A model generated the notes under the pieces. That model had not been told where the DNA came from and ran no database searches. It saw only the letters and a program-made list of their open reading frames with translations. Both the position numbers and the translations under genes were made by a program. From IMG/VR virus record IMGVR_UViG_3300036792_000274, positions 1-52,059 of that record: a stretch of DNA of 52,059 nucleotides. One strand, 5' to 3'. This DNA is from a virus (lineage: Duplodnaviria; Caudoviricetes). Below, one piece after another: positions 46,631-52,059 of this stretch (within the stretch, counting starts at the first letter, position 1; each line of letters starts with the position of its first letter).

Positions 46631-46676
46631 ACCTTGACGCGCGGCAACCTTTCCGGTACGCTCACGGCGTGATCGT
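46631..46676 (+). promoter_or_regulatory. Sigma70-type promoter with operator and +1 box
   Basis: TTGACG 46634-46639, 17 bp, TACGCT 46657-46662; GTGATCGT 46669. Confidence 0.85.
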
Positions 46677-46695
46677 CACCAACAGAAAGGCAGAC

Positions 46696-47064
46696 ATGTC
46701 CTCCATCACCCGCGCGCACGTCGTCGTCTACGCCGCGCTCGCCGCCACCGTCGCGATTCTGATCATCGGCTTCTACGGCCACGCCCACGGCGCCACGATC
46801 AGCGCGCCCGGCGAATCAATGGCACCGGCCGCCGGCCAGAGCGTCGTCGCCACCGAACACGCCGCCGCCGAGGTCTGCTTCTCGCGCAAGTCGTGGTCGG
46901 CCAACGACGTCGACCGGCCGTGCGACGTCCTCTTCCGCCCGCAGGAGGACGGCTCGACGGCGCTTGAACTCGGCACCGAAGGCCGCACGATCGCCCAGTG
47001 CGTCATCCCGAACCCGACCGAGGAAGGGCGCCACTTCTCGGTCCACTGCACGAAGGTCCGCTAG
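46696..47064 (+). CDS. Exported protein with four Cys
   Basis: GAAAGG SD; N-terminal signal/TM segment. Confidence 0.7.
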   Translation: MSSITRAHVVVYAALAATVAILIIGFYGHAHGATISAPGESMAPAAGQSVVATEHAAAEVCFSRKSWSANDVDRPCDVLFRPQEDGSTALELGTEGRTIAQCVIPNPTEEGRHFSVHCTKVR

Positions 47065-47068
47065 CCGC

Positions 47069-47260
47069 GTGCCGGCGATCCTCAACTGGACCACCGAGGC
47101 GAAGCTCGCCCAGCTGCTCGAGCGCGGCTGGGCCGAGCGGAGCCGCCGCCAGGAGCCCGATCGCGTCGTGGTCGAACTGCACCACCAGGCCGATCGCGTC
47201 GTCACCTTCCGCTCGCTGCCGGTCGACGCGCCCCAATCGGCGGCGCTGACGCTGTTCTAA
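47069..47260 (+). CDS. Hypothetical protein
   Basis: Fills the gap; GTG start. Confidence 0.45.
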   Translation: MPAILNWTTEAKLAQLLERGWAERSRRQEPDRVVVELHHQADRVVTFRSLPVDAPQSAALTLF

Positions 47261-47327
47261 GCCCCGCTCGCGGCCGAGCACCCTCACCCGGGCGCCGACA
47301 CACGCGGGCGCTACTCTTCGCCGCACG

Positions 47328-47876
47328 TTGCCCGCGGGACGCCCCTCGAAAATCCTCCAGACGGTCAAGGCCGTCGACCCCGACTCGAAGGTAGAGCGCG
47401 AGGTCCCCATCACGGACGCGATCTGCTCACTGGTCGCCCTGGGCGTGTGGCCCGGCAACGCTGCGGGGTCCTACGGAATCGGGCGGACGACGCTGCACAA
47501 CTGGCGACTGCGGGGAGCCGACGCGATCTCGGCGGCGGCCGAGCACCTGGCCGACGACGAGGAGATCGACTACGCGGCCATCCCCGAGCGGGAGCGGCCC
47601 TACGCCGAATTTGTGAACGCCCTCACGCGCGCCGAGCACAAGGGGCTCACCTGGCACGAGCTCAACGTCCGCCGCGCCGCCGCCAGCGGCAAGGAACAGG
47701 GCGGTCGCCTCTCGCTGGAGTTCCTGGCCCGCAGGCAGCGCGAGCACTACAGCCGCAACATCGCCGTCGAGCACAGCGGCAAGGTCGACTTCGAGATCGA
47801 GCAGGGCACGGATGAGCGGATCGACGAGCTCTTGGCGAAGCTGGAGTCTGCCAAGCAAGCTCCGGCTGCTGGGTAG
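47328..47876 (+). CDS. terS: Terminase small subunit
   Basis: GRPSK start, HTH GIGRTTLHNW, FLARR...Y, VEHSG; directly before TerL. Confidence 0.75.
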   Translation: MPAGRPSKILQTVKAVDPDSKVEREVPITDAICSLVALGVWPGNAAGSYGIGRTTLHNWRLRGADAISAAAEHLADDEEIDYAAIPERERPYAEFVNALTRAEHKGLTWHELNVRRAAASGKEQGGRLSLEFLARRQREHYSRNIAVEHSGKVDFEIEQGTDERIDELLAKLESAKQAPAAG

Positions 47877-49296
47877 GCTCCAGCACGAGCAGTGGGTCGC
47901 CGAAGTCCTGGCGATCGACAACACCGGCCAGCTGCCGCCCGCAGAGTGGGGCGACACGGCGCGCATCTGGTACGCGCAGGGCGGTCGCGGCTCGGGGAAG
48001 ACGCGCGGCGGCGCCGAGCAGCTGGCGGACATCATCCTCGCCAGCCCACCCGGCGACTACGCCTGCGTCGGGCCGACCTTCGGCGACGCCCGCGACACGA
48101 TGATCGAGCACCGCAAATCGGGGCTCAAAAAAGTGCTCGGGCCGGCCGTGAAGCAGTGGAACCGATCGCTCGGCGAGCTCTACGTCGCCAACGGCTCGGT
48201 CGTCTACTGCGACGGCGCCGATGACGGCGCGCTGCGGATTCAGGGGAAAGAACTGCGCGCCGCGTGGGCGGACGAGATCGGGCTGTGGAAAGCGACGCGG
48301 ACCAAAAAGGGCGAGGTCAAAGGCGGCGAGCAGGCGTGGAAAGAGTCGCTGATCTTCGCCGTCCGCGAGGCGCCGGCGCTGATCCTCGCCACCGGCACGC
48401 CGAAGGGAAACCGCGGCGTCGTGCGCCTGCTCCGCAAAGAACCGGCAGGGCGGGTCGTCTTCACGCGCCCGTCGCTGGCGAAGAACCGCGTCAACCTGGA
48501 GCCCGGGATTGTGGCCGAGTGGGAAGAGCAGTACAAAGGCACGCGGCTCGGCCGCCAGGAGCTTCTTGGCGAAGTGCTCGAGGACGTCGAGGGCGCGCTC
48601 TGGACGATGCAGCTGGTCGAAGATCAGCGCTGGGACATCGCGCTCGCCGACCTACTCGGCACGATGGGCCAGCGCACGGTCGTCGCCGTCGACCCGGCCA
48701 CCACGTCGAATCCCGACTCGGACGAGACGGGCATCATCGCCGCGGTGCGCATCCCGATCGACGCGGACCTCCTACGCGGGGTCGTCGCCGCGGCGCCCGG
48801 CGAGATGGGCGACATGGCGCAGCTCTACGACCACGGCTTCATCGTGGCCGACCGCTCCGGCATCTACACGCCCACCGGCTGGGCCAAAGCCGCGGTCGGG
48901 CTCTACCACGAGCTCGCGGCGGATCGGATCGTCGGCGAGGCCAACCAGGGCGGCGACATGGTGCGCACGATCGTCCTCCAGGTCGACCCCAACGTGAACT
49001 ACGAACACGTCTGGGCGTCGAAGTCGAAGGAAGCGCGCGCCGAGCCCAAGGCAGGGCTCTACGAACAGGGCCGCATCCACCACATCGAGGTCTTCGAGCA
49101 GCTGGAGGATGAGCAGACGACGTGGGTACCGGGCCAGAGCGAGTCGCCGAACCGGCTGGACGCCGCGGTGTGGGCGCTCGAGGATCTATTCCCGTCCTCG
49201 CCGACCGCCGCGACGCTGATCGCGGGCAACGGCGAAGGCGAGGGCGTGCCGATCGTCCCGGCGCCGACCGATGGGATCATGGGCGCGAAGTGGTAG
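47812..49296 (+). CDS. terL: Terminase large subunit
   Basis: GGRGSGKT Walker A, WADE Walker B, TGTP, RQEL.GE, VAVDPA, EANQGGD, SPNRLDA. Confidence 0.95.
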   Translation: MSGSTSSWRSWSLPSKLRLLGRLQHEQWVAEVLAIDNTGQLPPAEWGDTARIWYAQGGRGSGKTRGGAEQLADIILASPPGDYACVGPTFGDARDTMIEHRKSGLKKVLGPAVKQWNRSLGELYVANGSVVYCDGADDGALRIQGKELRAAWADEIGLWKATRTKKGEVKGGEQAWKESLIFAVREAPALILATGTPKGNRGVVRLLRKEPAGRVVFTRPSLAKNRVNLEPGIVAEWEEQYKGTRLGRQELLGEVLEDVEGALWTMQLVEDQRWDIALADLLGTMGQRTVVAVDPATTSNPDSDETGIIAAVRIPIDADLLRGVVAAAPGEMGDMAQLYDHGFIVADRSGIYTPTGWAKAAVGLYHELAADRIVGEANQGGDMVRTIVLQVDPNVNYEHVWASKSKEARAEPKAGLYEQGRIHHIEVFEQLEDEQTTWVPGQSESPNRLDAAVWALEDLFPSSPTAATLIAGNGEGEGVPIVPAPTDGIMGAKW

Positions 49297-49355
49297 CGCG
49301 CCGTTCTGGGCGCCGCTAGGGTCGCGAGATCAGCAACCCAGAACCAGGAGGCACG

Positions 49356-49700
49356 ATGGACATCAACACCGCCCGCAAACTGGGCGAAGAGGTCGGCCGA
49401 GTCGAGGACGCGCACGCTCACCTGCTGCGCCAGCACCGCGAGGTCGGCGCCAGCGACGCGGACGTGATCGACGCGGCGGAACAGTACTGCTCGGCGATCC
49501 TCGCCCGCAACGCCGCGTTCGACGCGGTGACCGGCGACGTGACGCTCGGCGAGCGGCGCTCCGGCGTCGTCACCCACGTCGACGACGACTGGCTGCCCGG
49601 AGAGCTAGAGAAGATCCTGAACAACGGCCAGATGGACGGCCCGATCCAAGCGCGGGTCGAGAAGGTGCTCGACTCCGGCAGCGGTGGGGCGAGCGCATGA
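49356..49700 (+). CDS. Hypothetical protein
   Basis: TAGGGT -10 at 49317; AGGAGG SD. Confidence 0.7.
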   Translation: MDINTARKLGEEVGRVEDAHAHLLRQHREVGASDADVIDAAEQYCSAILARNAAFDAVTGDVTLGERRSGVVTHVDDDWLPGELEKILNNGQMDGPIQARVEKVLDSGSGGASA

Positions 49701-50026
49701 ACTGGCACGCCGAAACCACGACGCCGCTGCACGCGGGCGAACTGCCCGACGCGATCGACGATCTCGACGTCGCCGACGCGACGCCGGAGGCCGAAGAGCA
49801 GCTGGACGCCGCGAAGGACGCCGCGAAAGCGATCGTCGCCGCCGGCGCGCTCGGCGACTCCAGCGACGACGAAGCGGTCTACGGCGCCGAGCTCACCGGC
49901 CACGCCAACCCCGGCCACGACGGCGACACGCCCGACCAGGTGACCGTCCGCGTGCGCCGCATCCCGACGCCGCAGCCGGTCGAGGCCGACGCCGAGGCCG
50001 AGGAGGTCGCCGAGCCGGTAGCCTGA
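49697..50026 (+). CDS. Acidic hypothetical protein
   Basis: ATGA overlap; GHANPGH motif. Confidence 0.7.
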   Translation: MNWHAETTTPLHAGELPDAIDDLDVADATPEAEEQLDAAKDAAKAIVAAGALGDSSDDEAVYGAELTGHANPGHDGDTPDQVTVRVRRIPTPQPVEADAEAEEVAEPVA

Positions 50027-50113
50027 CCGGGTTGAGCCCGCGGCGTTCCTCCCGCGCCGCCCCTCTAGCGACCGACCTGAGCCTCGCCACCGTGCGGGGC
50101 TCGCGTCGTTCTG

Positions 50114-50136
50114 GGGGCCGCCGGCGCCCGTAAGCT
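50114..50136 (+). promoter_or_regulatory. Late-type leaderless promoter
   Basis: GGGGCCG-N10-TAAGCT, ATG 50143. Confidence 0.7.
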
Positions 50137-50142
50137 GGCGGC

Positions 50143-50991
50143 ATGGAAGCAACGCCGATCTTCGACTGGCCGTTCCCGGGAGGCAAAGAACCGCCGAACG
50201 GGCCGCTCCAGATCGGGGACGCGGTGGTCGCCATCGAGGAACGGCTCGCCATCCTCGAAAAGGTGATCGGCACCCACGCGGTGGCCGTCGCGCCGGAACC
50301 GGGCGAGCTCATCGTGGTCGACGGGACCAGCCACCCGGCCTACAAGGCGGCGACCGGCGACGTGACGATCAACAGCGCCGGCGTGACGACGATCGGCGCG
50401 GCCAAGATCACCGCCGCCAAGGTCGCTGCGCTCGCCATCGAAACCGCCGCGCTCGCCGCCAATGCGGTCGAAACCGCGAAGATTCTCAACCTCGCCGTCA
50501 CCACGGCCAAGCTCGCCGCCCTGGCGGTCACGGCCGAAAAGCTCGCCGCCGAAGCCGTCACCGAAGCGAAGATCGCCGATGGGGCGGTCACGTCGCGCAA
50601 ATACAAACCGACGATCGGGCGCAAAGTCGCCACGGGCGAAGCGAACTTCCCCGAAACGGTTGAAGGCGTCGAAATCCCGGGGCTCAAACTCGAAATCACG
50701 CCGGCCGTCGCCAGCTACCTGAAGGTCGACATTCGCGTCTCCATCTTCATCCCGGAACCGAACGCCTCCGCAGGCATCATGGCCTTCCTGAACGGCGCCC
50801 AGGTCTACGAGGCCGAGACGGGGCTCAGCTTCACGCAGGCCGAGCTCGACGTGACCGGCTTCCTCCTGCTCGAACTCGCGGCCGGGGTGAAATCGACGCT
50901 CACGATCCGCGGCAAGCGGACGGTGGGCGCGTCGACGCCGAAAAACGAGACTACGCAGTCGCACTTCCGCTACGAGCTCATCGCCCGTTAA
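50143..50991 (+). CDS. Tail-fibre-like structural protein
   Basis: N-terminal TP..DWPFP anchor-like motif; 10-aa AVTxxKLAxx repeats; beta-rich C-terminus. Confidence 0.65.
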   Translation: MEATPIFDWPFPGGKEPPNGPLQIGDAVVAIEERLAILEKVIGTHAVAVAPEPGELIVVDGTSHPAYKAATGDVTINSAGVTTIGAAKITAAKVAALAIETAALAANAVETAKILNLAVTTAKLAALAVTAEKLAAEAVTEAKIADGAVTSRKYKPTIGRKVATGEANFPETVEGVEIPGLKLEITPAVASYLKVDIRVSIFIPEPNASAGIMAFLNGAQVYEAETGLSFTQAELDVTGFLLLELAAGVKSTLTIRGKRTVGASTPKNETTQSHFRYELIAR

Positions 50992-51024
50992 ACCTTGACA
51001 CGCGGCAAGGATTGGTGGTACGGT
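50990..51024 (+). promoter_or_regulatory. Sigma70-type promoter with perfect operator core
   Basis: TTGACA 50995-51000, 18 bp, TACGGT 51019-51024; CCTTG-acacgcgg-CAAGG. Confidence 0.85.
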
Positions 51025-51030
51025 CGCCCC

Positions 51031-51216
51031 ATGAAGAACCTGATCGTCATCCTCGTCGCCGTAGCCCTCGTCGCCGCGGTCGCCGGGTGCGGAGGAAGCC
51101 TCCAGACGCCGCACGAACGCCGCGTGGTCGCGGAAACGTGCCTCTACGGCTCTGGCGGCGTCGCTCAGCGCTCGAACGCCGCCGGCCGCGCCTTCTACCG
51201 CGAATACTGCGAATAG
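51031..51216 (+). CDS. Small lipoprotein, leaderless
   Basis: MKNLIVILVAVALVAAVAG-C lipobox; ATG 7 nt after -10. Confidence 0.75.
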   Translation: MKNLIVILVAVALVAAVAGCGGSLQTPHERRVVAETCLYGSGGVAQRSNAAGRAFYREYCE

Positions 51217-51241
51217 GCCGCAGACCCGCTAGGGTCGCGTC

Positions 51242-51325
51242 GTCGGTCGCCTCCCCGCCGAGCGCGACCGCTCGCCACCAGCCGGCCAGTCCCCGCGCTG
51301 CAACCCCCCAGTCAGCGCGGGGGCC
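51242..51325 (+). ncRNA. Candidate 6C-like small RNA (two hairpins with C-rich loops)
   Basis: TAGGGT -10 at 51230; stems 51244-51270 and 51291-51322; loops CCCGCC and CAACCCCCCAGT. Confidence 0.45.
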
Positions 51326-51357
51326 GCGCCGGTCCAGTTGGCACCTTCGCTCGAGCA

Positions 51358-51380
51358 GGGGTGCCAACTCCATCTAGCCT
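51358..51380 (+). promoter_or_regulatory. Late-type promoter of portal gene, overlapping an inverted repeat
   Basis: GGGGTGC-N10-TAGCCT, ATG 51389; agttggcacc/ggtgccaact at 51336-51369. Confidence 0.55.
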
Positions 51381-51388
51381 CGCTCTAG

Positions 51389-52059
51389 ATGGCGAAAGAA
51401 GTCACCACCGCGGCGGATCGCAAAGCGGGCGCGCGAGCCGAGATCGGGCGCCCGGGCCTCGTCAACGTCGGCGGCGGCCTGCTCCCGTGGTCGGTGTGGA
51501 TCGACGACCGCGAGTACGCGCCCGAGCTCCAGTATCCGCGCTCGGTCGAAACGTACCGGCGGATGCAGACCGACGCCCAGCTGAAGGGGCTCTTGCTCGC
51601 CACGACGCTCCCGATCCGGCGGTTCAAGTGGGAGATCGCCCCCAACGGCGCGCGCCAGGCGGTCGTCGACCACATCGCCCAGTCGCTCAACCTGCCCGAG
51701 CAGGGCCAGGAACCGCCGCGGCGCCGGCGCAACCGCTTCGACTTCGACCGGCACATGTCGCACGCCTTCCAAGCGCTCGCCTACGGCCATTTCCACTTCG
51801 AGGAAGTCTACGAATACAGCGATCCACGGCAGGGCGGTGACGGGCTTCTCCACCTGCACAAACTCGGCTCGCGGCCGCCGCGGACGATCATGTCGATCGA
51901 CACCGACGAATACGGCGATCTCGCGGGCATCCAACAGAACATGTTCATCCGCGCCAACGCCGCCCAGAACGTCGTCGGCGCCGCCTTCGGGCCGCTGATC
52001 CCGGTCGATCGCCTGCTCACCTACCTCTGGGACACCGAGGACGACGGCGACCAGGTGGG
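51389..52059 (+). CDS. Portal protein, N-terminal part (missed by ORF track because it runs off the window end)
   Basis: MAKEVTT...YRRMQTDAQL...ALAYGHFHFEEVY; in frame with the ORF at 9. Confidence 0.88.
   Translation, partial: MAKEVTTAADRKAGARAEIGRPGLVNVGGGLLPWSVWIDDREYAPELQYPRSVETYRRMQTDAQLKGLLLATTLPIRRFKWEIAPNGARQAVVDHIAQSLNLPEQGQEPPRRRRNRFDFDRHMSHAFQALAYGHFHFEEVYEYSDPRQGGDGLLHLHKLGSRPPRTIMSIDTDEYGDLAGIQQNMFIRANAAQNVVGAAFGPLIPVDRLLTYLWDTEDDGDQV

Noticed and set aside
51933-52059. 127-bp repeat as a biological terminal repeat or att site
   Set aside because: It lies mid-portal and equals a standard assembly k-mer length, so an overlap artefact is the simpler explanation

Overview
The window is a complete, circularly permuted genome of a high-GC tailed phage with a contractile tail (myovirus). 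The first and last 127 bp are identical, so the unique length is 51,932 bp, and the cut falls inside the portal gene. Gene order: terminase, displaced fibre-like gene, portal (fused to a winged-helix and a MuF-like domain), an island of small non-structural genes, Mu-like protease/scaffold, capsid, neck, sheath/tube/chaperones/tape measure, baseplate, a multi-gene lysis cassette, then about 22 kb of early genes (GroES-like, RecT-like, PD-(D/E)XK nuclease, JAB protease, ASCH, RusA, TOPRIM, AlpA-like HTH, DUF5131, collagen-like exported protein, methyltransferase-like). I recognised no integrase, DNA polymerase, helicase, tRNA, CRISPR array or reverse transcriptase. An actinobacterial host is an inference from GC content, leaderless architecture and the lack of recognisable spanins. 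The most striking unexplained structure is regulatory. (i) Seven dispersed sigma70-type promoters overlap a palindromic CCTTG-N8-CAAGG-like operator, four followed by a conserved GTGATCGT box at +1. (ii) About eleven late promoters have an unusual GGGG(T/C/G)CG-N10/11-xAnnnT architecture and drive leaderless mRNAs, two through tiny coupled uORFs. (iii) Several structured intergenic RNAs are present, including a 6C-like double hairpin and a hairpin with an anti-Shine-Dalgarno loop. All protein calls come from motif recognition by eye, not database searches.
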